Both the position numbers and the translations under genes were made by a program. This document shows, in pieces, positions 14,451 to 32,774 of a stretch of DNA of 64,000 nt (within the stretch, counting starts at the first letter, position 1; the number at the start of each line of letters is the position of its first letter). This DNA is from Blastocystis sp. Blastoise (taxonomy: Eukaryota > Protista > Bigyra: Opalinata): positions 124,001-188,000 of the forward strand of contig JBBPEB010000017.1 of the NCBI GenBank assembly GCA_039096225.1, given 5' to 3'. The notes beneath the pieces were generated by a model. The model ran no database searches. It worked only from the letters and a program-made list of their open reading frames with translations, and was not told the origin of the DNA.

Positions 14451-15843
14451 AACAATAATAATAAAAATAATAAGTATAATGTATATATATATATATATAT
14501 ATATACATTAGTAAGTACCCCTTGATGTGAAGTCTTTAGTAATAATGATATATATAAACGAAGATATTCTATATAATCAGACTTCTTTTCCTCTATTTCC
14601 CGCGGGGAATATGAAGATCCATATAGAGAAATAATAATATCTTTTATATATAGAGACAGTTCACGAACTAACTCCCAAGAGTGCGTCATCTTCATAGAAC
14701 TTGGATCTATATATATTAATAATAATAAGTATAAATATAATAAACATAATAATTAGTATAATAATAATTATTATATATGTATATATACCCATATCTTCAG
14801 AATTATCATTGAGATCATTTACGTTATTTTCTGCATTTGTGTTCCCTGACACAATGGGGGTCTTCATTATATATTGAATACACTCCTTTATATTCATGTC
14901 CATCACGTGCTTTCGTTCTTCTGCTTCTTCTTGCATGTGACATTCAAATATACTCGTTTCCTGATCGATCTCATTCTTTGTTTCTTCTGTATATTCATGG
15001 GAATCACCTACAGAATCTCTATTATTTTCATTATTCCCTTGTTTATCCTTATTAATATAGATATCAATATGTCCCTTTTGACCGCTATATATATAAATAC
15101 AGCGATAGGCAAGAACGAGCTCTCGAATCATATCTATAATCGCGGGAATCGATGCATTCTCAGAAGGAGACAAAAGTCTATATAAATAATAATTAAAAAT
15201 ATGTAAATATGATTAATGATATATATATATATAGTATACCTTAATGTATATAAACATCCCTGAGGATAACCGTGGGAAAGAAGAGATATTAAAGAGGCAA
15301 TAATAGCTATAAATATATATAGGGATTAGTTTTATAGATATAGTTTATATACAAAAGTATTTTAAAATATATAATTATAAATAAATTGAATGAATAATGA
15401 ATCCTAATATATATATATATACATTGTTTTCCTTCAAACGGCAATATACTAGTATTACTATATATTGATTGACACGTTAATAAGAGTTCTGCTGCAAAAG
15501 AGTAGATATTCCCACGGGAATCTTGACATCCATCAATTCCAAGTATATATATATATTGATATAATGTATGATAAGGTGATGAAGTAGATAATAAAAGAGA
15601 AGAATAACCACGGTTATTATCGAGAATAGTTGAAGTAAAGATATCCGTGGGAATCAAGGAAAATATTATACGAATAACCTATATAAATAATACAGTAGAT
15701 TTATAGAAAAACATATATAAATAAATATAAATATGTGTAAATATATAATAAATAAATATATATATATACAGGAAGATGTTTGAGTTCAATTGAATACATT
15801 AACTGAATAATATTTAAGATAATTTCAACATATATACATTTAT

Positions 15844-15935
<92 letters not shown>

Positions 15936-17722
15936 AATTCACAAAAAAAAAATAATATATATATATACAACTGTAATAGATAATGTTTTGATTTGTTTTA
16001 ATAATACACTTAATAAATATATATATCCATATATATATAGAGGGTCTTCAAATGCTGATACTATTTTATTTAAGTATATATTAATAGAAGAAGAAGAAGA
16101 AGAAGAAGTTGTTAAGAATATATCCCCGCGGTTATTTAGATCCATTATTTGGAAGAAATACGGAGAAAAGAGAGAAGTAAGCGATAATATAACTATATAT
16201 ATATAGAATAATAAATATTAAAAATTAATATGTATATAAACAGAAGAATAAATATAAATAAATGTATAATAATATACAATCGTTAAGAAACGTTGAATCT
16301 TGTACGAGACTCATGGTAACAGTAGAATATAAAACACAATTAACATATAAGGATGACAGACTTGTTTTCTGAGGAATAGTGTTCAATTGTGTTTCTTTAA
16401 GAATAGTTTGTTGAATTGATGTTAAATATTGTAGATAGAGTATATAAATAGAGTCTATATGTAGATATGAAGAAGTAGAAGAAGAGAGAAGAGGAGAGAG
16501 AAGAGGAAGAAGAAATGAAGAAGAAGATAAAGAAGAGGATGAATGTAGAAAGATTAAGGGTATATATATATTTATAATTGGTATACATATTATAGAGAGA
16601 TAGAAAGAAATACTAAAAATAGAAAGAAACAGAAGAATAAGAATGGAATAGAATACTATATATAAATTGGATATGAAAATAGATTAAGAAAAGAAGAAGA
16701 GAAGAAAATAATGATTGAGAGGATAGGACCGTGTTGTTAATATATTCATTTAATTGGCTGTTATTTGAAGAAGATGCATATGATTGGATGGATGGATAGA
16801 CAACGTTAAATAGTGAAACACAATCATCATCACACATGGTTTTCTTTATAAAAAGAGAAGATAGAAATGAATCAATAAATTTATATACAAGAATTGTGTT
16901 TAATACAGCAAGGATTCCCGCGGTTATTTGATAGTCTTCATTGGAGATTAAAGAATTTGACAGGAATTTAAACTATAATCAAGTAATATTCTTATAATAA
17001 AGAAAGATTTGTTATTATATACATATATATGTAAATATATACAAATATCATTTTGTTTTCTTTAAATAATGGATTCTTTATTATATTATAAAGTAGTTTT
17101 ATATAATCACTTTTTGTTTCACAGTGGTTTATAACCGAAAAACAAATACTATATATATATATAGATATATATAATATTATTACATATATATATACGTATA
17201 AAATTCATTCGTATAATAGTATTCCGGAATATAATTAAAAAGCTCCAATAAGAACGTTCCTCGTTCTCCTTCTTGGATTTCATTGGATAATAATTTTAAT
17301 ATATATGTATATCCTCTATATATATTGATATATATTGATATAGAATAATATATAATGATATATAATAATATATAATGATATATATGATATAGAATAATAT
17401 ATAATGATATATAAGATATATAATAATATATAATGATATAGAATACATGTTAGGATCAGAATAACCACGGGGAATATATAATAAAATAGATTTAAAGAGA
17501 GTTCTTGATATATCAACAAAATAAGGAAGAGGATGCATAGATAATGATAAAGAAAGTTCCATTCCCGCGGGAATAAGACCATCAAAAGACGAAGAATTAT
17601 CTATTAATATATATATATTTATATATGTATATATACAATATAGAGGAACTAGTTTGGGTAATTGTTCAAGTATAATTGAATATATATATATATAAACCTT
17701 TTGTTCCTAAAGAAATAATAGA

Positions 17723-17797
<75 letters not shown>

Positions 17798-19145
17798 CTT
17801 CAAGAGAAAGTATATTTTCAAAAATATTTGTTGTAGTTATTTTATATATTTCTAAAAATAAATTATTCCCTTGATTATCCACTAGTTTTGAAAGTTCTAT
17901 TGGTTTTATTTGTGAAAGTAAAGGATAAACTATATATATATAAGTATAATAGAATAATAAGTCTATTATATATATATATATATATTTATATATACACATA
18001 ATAAGAGGTAAAGAATGACTAATGATACAAGTATATATATTTAATATTCCTTCTTTTCCATATATTGTTATATATATCTTATATAATAATATCGAGAGAG
18101 ATATTTGATTTGAAAACTTAGCTTGCTTGATGATTTCCGCGGTTATTTCTGGTAATAAATGACTAGATTTATTGAATATATATATAATGATAATAAATAT
18201 AACAAAAACAATAATATATAAAATAACAACAATAATATATAAAATAACAACAATAAAAATAATAAAATATAACTATAAATTTAGCTATAATAAAGATTGA
18301 CAAAAATAATGAATACATTTTTGTTTGATTCATAAGTTCTGGATAATTCTGAATAGTTCTGAAATATAAATGAAAAATAGATAAATATAATTGGATGAAT
18401 TCATTTTCAGTCTTAGTCTGATTTTCTTTGTGCAATAATTGAATATATGAATTCAATAATTTGTTATATAATCGTATATATAGATCTTTCATCTATATAC
18501 ATATATATATATCGAAATAGATTACTATAGATTATATACATTATCATTAAAATACATGCTATATAAAGCGTTACATGTGAAAATACTTTTGATTCCTTGC
18601 CAGAGATATACAGAATCATCCTATAAATAAAGAGTAGTATATCTATATAATAAAATAATAAAAAAAGTATTTACGAAATAAATATATAGACTAGATTTAT
18701 GATCATAGAAAACAAGAGATCATATACGCAATCATACATAATAAAACTACTAATATAATTTTAAAAAATACAGTTTTGACTTTTGATTCAAATAATGAAA
18801 TAATGATAGAAGCGGCATTCAAATAATCAGTTTGATCATTCTTTTCAATCAGAGACACTAAGAAATTACAAATATTTCGTCTTATGGAAGTAATATGTTT
18901 ATCAAAAAGAAGAACGTTCAAAAATCGAAATAATTCCAATCGTTTTCCTAATTCATAACTTAAAGAATAAATAAATGCATACGAGTCTCTATTTTGGATA
19001 GATCTAGTGATCTCATGAAATCAGATATCTTATTTTGATTGCCAGAATCGATACATTGTACAATATTTTGATCTAATAAATCTATGTTTATGTTGTACTC
19101 ATCACATAAAGTCTTCACAAATATTATTTCAGGATCTTTATTCAT
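11110..19145 (-). CDS. THADA: THADA/Trm732-like armadillo/HEAT protein (DUF2428), multi-exon
   Basis: Spliced segments SWELVRELS, LLLKTSHQGV, SLPFYISILL, IHSLNILKVLF and RWAIRSAASSLF resemble the THADA motifs CWRSMKEVS, SRHRGA, GIPF, VHALNILRALF and WAIRNSA. Highly divergent. Confidence 0.72.
11601..18146. repeat. Cluster of 22 copies of a 14-bp dyad motif ATWHYC-RY-GRDWAT in THADA exons
   Basis: Copies start at 11601, 11928, 12022, 12151, 12553, 13019, 13061, 13642, 14293, 14334, 14596, 14991, 15136, 15266, 15508, 15604, 15641, 16122, 16914, 17461, 17561 and 18133. Some have 1-2 mismatches in the outer positions. Confidence 0.85.
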
Positions 19146-19797
19146 TATTAATGAAGGAAAAACGAAAATGAATTAATAAGAAAAAAAATGTTTCATGGTT
19201 TTTTAATAGAAACTGGAGAAGTCATTGTTTCTTTTTATGTGAAGAGAGTTGAACAGCTTATTGTAATAAATTTGTTTAGACATAGTATTGTCATTGTACT
19301 CAAGACATTTAAAATAGTTCTCTAGATTATTCTAAAAACAAATTCATAAAATATGAATGAAATGTGTTTGAATAGATATGCAAAATGTATTTACATTTAT
19401 TCATTCATTTATAAGATCAGATTAAACCAAATACCACAAGAGAATGAACATATAATCCTGTAAATAACAAAATATATCTTATAAGTCACAACAATGAAAA
19501 ACCAAGTTACTTATAATAGCATTTCTATGTCTTAAAAGCCATATATAAAAGAAATAACAAAGAATAAAGTAAAAAAATACTTTCAAAAATAAAATCACAA
19601 AACAAAAGGGGAACCTAGAAGATTTTTATGAATTCCCATGAAAAGTGACATTTGCGGTCAAAAAGGATGAATCGTGGTTATTTCATTTTTCTTAGGATAA
19701 AAAGAGGAATTTTTCTACTTGATAAAAGGAGTTGAAAAATGAAAGATTATTTCTATTTCTTTTATCAAGATAGGTTCTTCTTTTATTATAAATTAAA

Positions 19798-20037
19798 ATG
19801 AATCAATCTCCTAAGGCCCCTATTGGTTTCAGCCCTATATTTAAAGCTTTCACATTTAAGGATTGGTGTCGTGTAGCTGTTTATGGTGCTATTTGTCTTC
19901 CTATTGGTTTTGTTATTGGTCGTGGTCAACCTCGTCTTGTTCAACAAACATCAATGTGGACTGCAGGTTTCCTTGGTTTAACTGCTGGTACTAGCTCTTC
20001 CTTCATCGATGCTCGTAAGAGAGTTCAAAAGGAATAA
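19798..20037 (+). CDS. Mitochondrial complex I accessory subunit, NUXM/21-kDa-subunit N-terminal family; intronless
   Basis: 79 aa with two TM helices. F-x-x-I-x-x-x-F-x-x-x-D-W...IGFVIG...SMWTAGFLGLTAG...R-V resembles plant and fungal NUXM. Codon usage is biased like a real gene. Confidence 0.7.
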   Translation: MNQSPKAPIGFSPIFKAFTFKDWCRVAVYGAICLPIGFVIGRGQPRLVQQTSMWTAGFLGLTAGTSSSFIDARKRVQKE

Positions 20038-20316
20038 TTTTATTATTCTATTCATTAAATTTGAATTACTATTTCTTTTTTTTTATTTTTATATTTATTT
20101 ACTCATTTGCTCGTATATAGTTTTATACATTGAAAACAAAGTTGGATAGTTTTGTTATTGTATAAGTTGTGTAACATATATCTATATATATATTCATGTG
20201 AATTATATATATTCTATTGTTATATGTATGTAGTATATATAGGACCGAAAAAAAATAACTAAAATATAAATTTTATAAAATATAAATATTAAATGAAATA
20301 TAAAATAATTAGAGAA

Positions 20317-22299
<1,983 letters not shown>

Positions 22300-22546
22300 C
22301 AGATATAAGAACTATATGAAAAACATATTAGCGATGAATAATAATAAGCATACAAGAGTATAAAGTCGAAAATAAAAATAATATACACTAAAATAAAAAT
22401 TTCGCTTGTTAAGATCCTAGAATCATGGAAAAATAAAGAAAAGCAAAAAAAAAATAAATTCTTTTTATCTAGAATTACTCAACAAAAAGATTTTATTATT
22501 TATCTTCTGAATAAGAAAGCTATTCTGTTAAGTAAAATATATAGAA

Positions 22547-24978
22547 ATGATGTTGAAACAGGTCGTCACAAGTATGATGAAGACTGTCATTAGGTCTTCT
22601 TGGAGACCAACTACTGTATTGATTCGTAGATTCCAAGAGATTCCTTTTGAAAGTCATGAACATGATTTAGAAATGTATAGAAATTTTCTGCTTAATAATT
22701 ATCTTGTTTTTTGTTGATAATGACTTGATTTTATATTATTTATATATTTTAAGAATATTAATGAATATATAGTAAGCCTTTTGATCCAAGTATTATGTCT
22801 CCACCTGAAGATTTTTCTACTGTCATTGAGCAAAATAAAAGAATGGAGTATATTATTATGTTATTATTATCATTAGTTTATTTTGAGAATAATATTATTG
22901 AATTCTCTAGGCAATTAAAGGAGAAAAAGAAGAAGTTAACAGAACAATTAACTAATTTACGTAAAGCTTATTTAAATAAAGAATCTTTTTCATATGGTGC
23001 TTTTGATGTATATGTAACTCAAATGTTAGAACTAGGAGATGCCTTAGTTGAAAAAGAGTATGTTATGTTTTTTTTATTATATATATATTTATTTACATTT
23101 ATTATTGTTATTTTATTTTTGTTATTGTTATTCTATTTTTATTTATTTATTTATTTATTTATTATATTTTTATTTATTTATTTTATATTTATATATTTAT
23201 TCTATTTATTATTATCATCATTATTATCATTAATATTATTTTAATAAAAGCGAATCATTATATATTATATTCTATACACTATAGTTATTATTTAATGTTT
23301 GATATTTCCTCTATGATACGTAATGGTTCTGCGGCTTATCGTGTGATGCAACATTTCATATCTCGTAACATTAGTATTCCTACACGTTGTTGGACAAAAT
23401 GTTTACATGCATTAAGTCGATATAGTTCAAATTCAAAAGCAGCTGAAGATGTCTTAAATCAGATGAAACAACGAGATATTCAACCTTCTCGTATTCATTA
23501 CGAAGATGTTATGACTTGTTATATAAATGGAAATCAAATAAATGATGCCAAGAGATTATTTAAAGAGATGAATGATAATAATATTACACCAAATTCTTGG
23601 ACTTATAATATATTATTAGGAGGATATTTAAAGACACATGAAATAGATGAAGCAATGAAATTATTTAATGAAATGCAATTAAATAATATTAAACCAGATA
23701 CTATTACTTGTAATACTATTATTAAGATTATGGGTGAATCTGGTGAATATAATATGATGGAATTATTATTAAAACAAATGATAGATACTCATATTCCTGT
23801 AGATATTATTACTTATAATATTATTATAGGCATGTTTTGTAAAAAAGGTGATTTAAAGAAAGCATTTGATATATTTTATAGTATACCTACAAATCTGAAT
23901 CCTGACTTAAAAACATATAATCGGCTGATTATTGGGTGTGCGAAATCTAAAAATATGGAAACTGCTGTTAATATATTCAATCAAATACTCAGTAAAAAGA
24001 TGAAACCAACTGTAAGTAGGTTTATTGGGTTTTTTTTTTTTTTTTAATTTTTTATGTGTTTATGTGTTTATTATTATTATTTGGATTATTATTTATTTAT
24101 TTATTATTATTATTATATTTATTATATAGATTATTATATTATTATATAGATTATTATATTTATTATTTATTATTATTATATATATTTATTATCTATATAT
24201 AAAGGTAGTGACTTATGCAGCTATGTGTGCCTGTGGTATCACGTGTAATCAGAATCATTTTGGTATGGATTTATTCTTACAAGCCATTCTAAAGAAGGAA
24301 GTGAAGAACTTTGTCATTCGAAATGGATTTGGTATCTATATATATTATTATATATTATTATATATTATTATACATTATTATATATTATTATATATATTAT
24401 TATTATGTTTATAATATTTATTTTTATGCTACTCTTTTTTTATTATTATTATGTTTATTATTAAATGAATAGTATTTATTACAAAATATATTTATAATAT
24501 ATTTATAATATAGTAACATTTCTTGAATATCCATCACCTCTCGTCCTGTCATCTTTGAATTTTATATCCTTATTATATATATTACATATTATATATTATA
24601 TATTCCCTATTAAAACACATTCATATAATCTCAAGCAATATATATATAATAATTTCTTTAATTTTATTTTTTTACATCTTTGAAAATATAATAAAAGATT
24701 ATATTAAAAATGAAGGTAAGAAGCATTATAAGTTTTCATTTATTGTTGGTGAAGCCAAAAGTAATAAAGAGAATTCTATTTCTTCTATAACAAAACAATT
24801 CTTATTAAAACTAACTCCTCCAATAAAAGATTTCACGTATTACGATGGTGTTATATCTATAAAGAGTGGATCTTTAGATAGATGGCTTAAACAACAGTAT
24901 ATTGTTTATAAAGATAAACCAGTCGATTTAAATCTTAATCTTGAAGATCTACTCTATAAAACAGGCTATATATTATAA
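22547..24978 (+). CDS. Mitochondrial-type pentatricopeptide repeat protein with a C-terminal SMR-like domain
   Basis: Presequence-like N-terminus. Tandem 35-aa PPR motifs (PNSWTYNILL, PDTITCNTII, DIITYNIII, PDLKTYNRLI). C-terminal FIVG...GVISIKSGSLDRWL resembles plant PPR-SMR tails. Confidence 0.88.
24564..24675 (+). other. U12-type AT-AC intron in the PPR gene
   Basis: Donor ATATCCTTA, branch TTCTTTAAT, end TTTTAC. Removal joins SLNF to a 100-codon open last exon (IFENIIKD...). Confidence 0.88.
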
Positions 24979-26257
24979 TGTAAATCATATTTATTATACG
25001 ATTAACTCTCATATTTAATAGCGATTTTATTAAATATATATAATATTTATATCTCTTATTTTTATTATTTCCTCTTTTTTTATATTTTTCCTTTTCTTAA
25101 TTAGGTTTGCTTCTATGTGAATAATTCATACTTTTATCATTGATATTCATTTGTTTTCTTTTTATTATTATTATGTATATTATATATATAATTGATTCAA
25201 TACATTAAACTTAACTGTCATAACGAACTCAAATAATAAACAAAACATATTTTTATATTCATGATAATATCTACAATAAGAGACGAAATAAAAATAGTAC
25301 ATAAAAAAATAATATATATAGAAATATATATATATATATGTATATGTAAGTAATTGATGCAAAAATAAAATATATAAATAAAAAAAAATGAATATTGAAA
25401 AAGAAGAAGAAATGAAAAAAAAATAATGAGCAATCGTATATTTAGAAAGAATATATAATCATTAAAACGCATTTCAATATAAGTATAGAGTTAAAAAAAA
25501 AAGGTTTATATAGTAATAATTCATCAATATTATTATATTTTAAAATATAAATGAATAAGAAATGAAATTTGACATTAATCAATAAGTATATGTATAAAAA
25601 TATATAAGATTTAATATATATAAATATATATATATAATTATTATTTTAAAATAACAATATATATTTAAAAAAAAATATTCATTTCTATATATAGAATACT
25701 CATATATATATATAAACTGTAAAGAAATGTTAGAATACTAATGTTAATAATATACAAAGAGAAAATGAAGATAACATGAAGTTTGTTTATATATATATAT
25801 ATATATAGAAAATGAAATAATAATCGAACAACAGAGACAAAATAAAAACTATCCTATATATATAAATAGATATATATATATTACTGACGCAAAGCAGATA
25901 TTGAATATAAATGAGAATGTTGTTTGAATATATATATATAAAGAGGAAATAGAAACTATAGGGAATTTTAAAAAAAGAATATATATATATATATATAATA
26001 AAATAAATATATACATACATATAGATAGAAAGATATCAAAAATAATATATAAGCCTTTTAATTATAAAGAAAACATTAAAAAATATTATATATACATATA
26101 TATATATAAAGTGAATAGATAAAAAAAGACAAAAACAAAAGACAAAAAGTAATAGAATATAATATATTTATAAGAAGGAATATACAAGAAAAATATCAAA
26201 TTATAAAAATATAAAAAGTAATATAAATGAATCTATATATAGAATAGAATATATAGA

Positions 26258-28166
<1,909 letters not shown>

Positions 28167-29750
28167 TATAAATGTTGAATTGTCTTAGAAAAAAAAGAGA
28201 TTATATCGAAAAAATTATTGAATCAAAATATAATAAAAAAGTATAAATAGATGATGAGTCATAAAGATTTATTCGAAAATTATCATGATTTCTATATTTA
28301 AAAAACATTACTAAACAGTTTCTCGATAATCTCTTGATTTCCCATGATTATCAAATTGTTCTTTTTAGATTCATTCTATTCTATGCTAATGATCTTTACT
28401 GTGTTTAACTGTATATTAGTATCCTCTTTCCTTTGACAAAAAGTAGATTACAAAAACCTATTTGATTATAAATAAATACTTTTTTCAGTAAAATGACCAT
28501 GTAGAACCTAAAACCAAGGTTTTTCAAGCATTTTTTATTTCATTTCAGATCTCATAATAGTTTTTTATAATCAAAGCGTTGTTTTTATCTTAAAATAGTA
28601 TAGTTTTGTTGAAAACAACTCATTGAGTAATGAACCGTCGTGAGTCTTTTGTAAACGTTATTGCGTTAGATATATGACAGATTGAGTGTCACGGTTCCGA
28701 TATATATTCGGTGTATCAAACTTGCTTTTAGTAATTTTACTGATATACAGTTTTTAAAACTGTTTTAAATATTGTTCATTGAATATTATCGTGATGTTTT
28801 TTATGATAGAAATAACTATTTCTAGAAATATCCAGAAAAACATCACAACTTGTATAAAATTCTTATTTATTTATTTGTTTAAACATTTTTTTATGAGTAT
28901 AAAAATTATCATTGAACAATAAGATATATAATAGCACGAAAATAATAATGAGATTGAGTATCGATAATCAATTAATATTCTTAAAAAAAACTAAAGTATC
29001 TTGATTGAGAAGCTAAAGTGGTGAAGCTAACAAAATAGAATTAATTATGAATATATAGAAGAAAGTTTATGAATAAAATAAAAGATGTAAGCAAAAATTA
29101 GTTTTTACTAATACTTTTTAAAGAAATTTCATTTTGTTTTTATTTTTCCATAAAAAGTATTTTTGCTATTTAAATTAATTATTCTGAATACGTGATATTC
29201 CATAGAATACTGTCTTTATGAAATCTGTGTCTTTTTACAACAATCTGATCTACTATTTGTTTCATTACGTATTCTATACTTTCTAAAATGAATAAATACA
29301 ACTAGAATGAACTGATAACATAAAGACAACGAATCAAACGATAAATAGACACAATTTGACATTTCATTGATTAATATTCTTAATAGTTCTCTTCAGTATT
29401 CTATTACTCTAATATCCAACTTCATTTTTATTATAAGAAAAAGACAAAAAACAACTTTTCTTTTAATAATAATCAATTTTTGCTTTATATAAGGATAAAA
29501 AAACTGTTGATTATTCATGATCTATTCTGTCTATCATATCAATTACAAAATAAATACATAAAACACCTTATGAACTCTTCTTTTGATGTCAACAACTAGA
29601 GAAACTGTAGTTCTTTTTGTGTGTTTCTGTAGCGAATCTTTTTTAAAAATTTTATATAAACCGTTCTTTCGGTAATATATGCTGTTCTACATAAGATATT
29701 TTTGCAGTTCACTGTTTTCTTTATTTGTGTATTTCTCTTGATAAGTGTCG

Positions 29751-30345
29751 ATGTCAAAAGGAAAAAAAATAAAACAAAAAAATCGATTATTCGGTGTAAG
29801 TAACTTGAGAGTTGCTATAGGAGCAGTTATGATGAGCCTTATGCTTGTGGTTGCATTCACTATGGCAATACTATTGCCTAAATACATACAAACAAATCGA
29901 AGTGTTGCTATAAATGCATTCAATGTGAGAGTAACGAAATGGAATGAAGCTAAGAAAGAGCTAGAAAAACAAAAATTTACTATTCGATCTGGTAATGATC
30001 AACTTGTTATGAATCAAGACACCTTTACAAATGGCAACTTATGGCCTATTCGTGATACATGTACATATGAACATGATCCACCTTCAGGATGTTTTTCTAC
30101 AGATGAATTCTATTTTTCATATTCTTCGTTTCCCTATAATGATACTATTCATCTAGATATTTCTTATTCTGATTATTCACCACCTATTCCTTATTCTATT
30201 GATGCTTATCAAAACATACATTGGAACATGGCATCACAAACATATGATGATCAATAGTATATTATTAATTTATATATATATATTTAAACAACTTTATTGT
30301 TTTTGTTTTTGAATTAGAAATGTATTTATTGTATTCATAGAATAT

Positions 30346-30379
<34 letters not shown>

Positions 30380-31049
30380 TAAAGTCGATCTGAAATCTGT
30401 TCGTTTTATGGAGGTATTTTTATGAATAATATCACGTGCGTTGTTAACGGTTATATTGATTCTATTTGTTTGCGAATCACACAAAATAACCAAAGTGAAT
30501 ATATTTTAGATACAAAACAGTATATAAATATAATTATAGTAGTTAAGTTAAAAACATATTTTCTCAAGATAAATTATTATGTTGTTTTAATGCTTATTAA
30601 AGATAGTTTTTATTATTTTATAAACAATATATATATATAGATTTGATATGCTTGGCTGTCATCCTGCGACAATAGGGAAAAACTTGCCGTTTCATGTATC
30701 CCCCACTAAACCGAATACTATTTCTATAAGTGTATATATAAAGAATATCTCTTATATAAAAATATAATTAATATTGAATGTATTTGAAATATGGATACTG
30801 TTATTTAATTATATATAATATATAATATATAATATGTATATATATAATATATATGTATAATATATATAGATACGTCATTACTTAGATCCATATATATCTG
30901 CGAATTATTATACAAATTATTGTTCTTCTATTCGAATTAATGAATCCAAGTATTATATATATATATCTATTAATTACTCTATACTATATTATATATATAC
31001 ATTGAATATTCATGTATTCTTAACTAGACACTATATTATATATACATTG

Positions 31050-31131
<82 letters not shown>

Positions 31132-32106
31132 AATTGCTTAGGTCAAACTCCTTCTTTTGGAATTGAGTATAATTCCACGGGGAATTCAATTTATATTTTT
31201 GGACTGTTTTCACTTATTATTTTAAATATTTATTTTTTTTTAACTTTAAAATTGGCTATTTAAACTATTTATTTATATATATATATGTATTATTCAATTA
31301 TTTACTTTTTTTATTTTATTAAAAAATTTTATTCATTTTGTTTATAACTAGTTATATTATTATCTATATTCTATGTATATATCTATAACTATATATTACT
31401 AGTTATCTGTGACTTGTTTCCTTTCGTGTTGTGAAATTGATTCTTCTGTTACTGTTCCTAATTACAGTACTATTAATCATACTTATATATCCAGACAAAA
31501 CAATCTACATTCAAATCAAATTGAAATGAGACGTTCTTCAGTTGATAATGGTATATATATTATTTATTATTATATTTATTATTATTATTATTCTATTCAT
31601 TATCTCGAAATCATTAATAAGTATATATTATTATATACAAATAATAACAATACTATATATTTTATATGTAAATATCATCTATACTGTTATTTCTCTCTAT
31701 TCTTAATACCTATTCTATTCCTAAATAATCATCACATAATACTATTTCATTATATCTAGATGTTTTAGATAATAGTAATTATCGAAATCACCCAGCTATT
31801 GTCATCGATGACGAACCCTCCCAAGACCCAATCAGCTTCAGAACCCCTTTCTCTCCAGTACCTACTTCTGTATATATATATATATATTATATACTATTTA
31901 TTCTATTCTATATCTCATAATCTATATATATATATTATATTATATACTATTTATTCTATTCTATATCTCATGATCTATATGTATATATATATTATTACAC
32001 TATTTATTCTATTCTATATCTCATAATCTATATATATATATTAAATTACACTATTTTTTCTATTCTATATCTCCTAACCTATCTCTATATATTTCCTTAG
32101 GCATAA
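29751..32106 (+). CDS. Uncharacterised two-TM protein with a Cys-rich luminal loop (paralogue A)
   Basis: N-terminal TM, WPIRDTC...DPPSGC, CSFYGG, GYIDSICL, IRHYLDPYISANYY, second TM and a Pro-rich tail. Homologous to the neighbouring gene. Confidence 0.75.
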
Positions 32107-32774
32107 ATAACTATTTATTATCTAGATTTAACAATTATATATTTATGCAATGATTTATTTCCATTATATATCATTATTTATTAATAAATAATACTTTATA
32201 TATTCATTCCTTCTCAATTATTATACGCATATCATAATCTGATTTTTTATATAACGATAATTATAATATTACATATTTTCTTATTCAATCTATTCATCCC
32301 TAGTAATTAAATATTTATATATTTAAATGAGCGTCTTTTTTATTGCTATTATCTTCTTATATCTTCAAACAAGTATATCTATCTTTATGCTTTAATAATC
32401 GTTGCTTTTATCACTTTTTCATTGTCGCATTTCTACAGTTTGTTTGTTTTTATAGTTTATTTAGATTTTTTAAAATTCTTAATGGTCTTCATCCAATCAT
32501 AGAAACTCTTAAACCCTATCTGATTTATCATTATACATTTAGTTTACACAAAAACAATCGATTCTCACACTTTTTAGTCATCTTTTTTCCAACATTATTT
32601 AGTCTGCTTTTCCCACGATTCTTTTTTGTGTTTCCCTTTTAAAACGATTTATGGACGACTGTTAACTATATCTTTTCCTGATTTTTTTTTATTCACAAAA
32701 AACACTTCATTTCTCATCTTACTCTTTTTAATTCATATTTAATATTTACTGATAATTCATAAATCTCATCTCCA

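Noticed and set aside
11601-18146. Dyad motif copies as a CRISPR array or MITE family
   Set aside because: Copies are only 14 bp, degenerate, irregularly spaced and in frame within exons, with no TSDs or cas genes.
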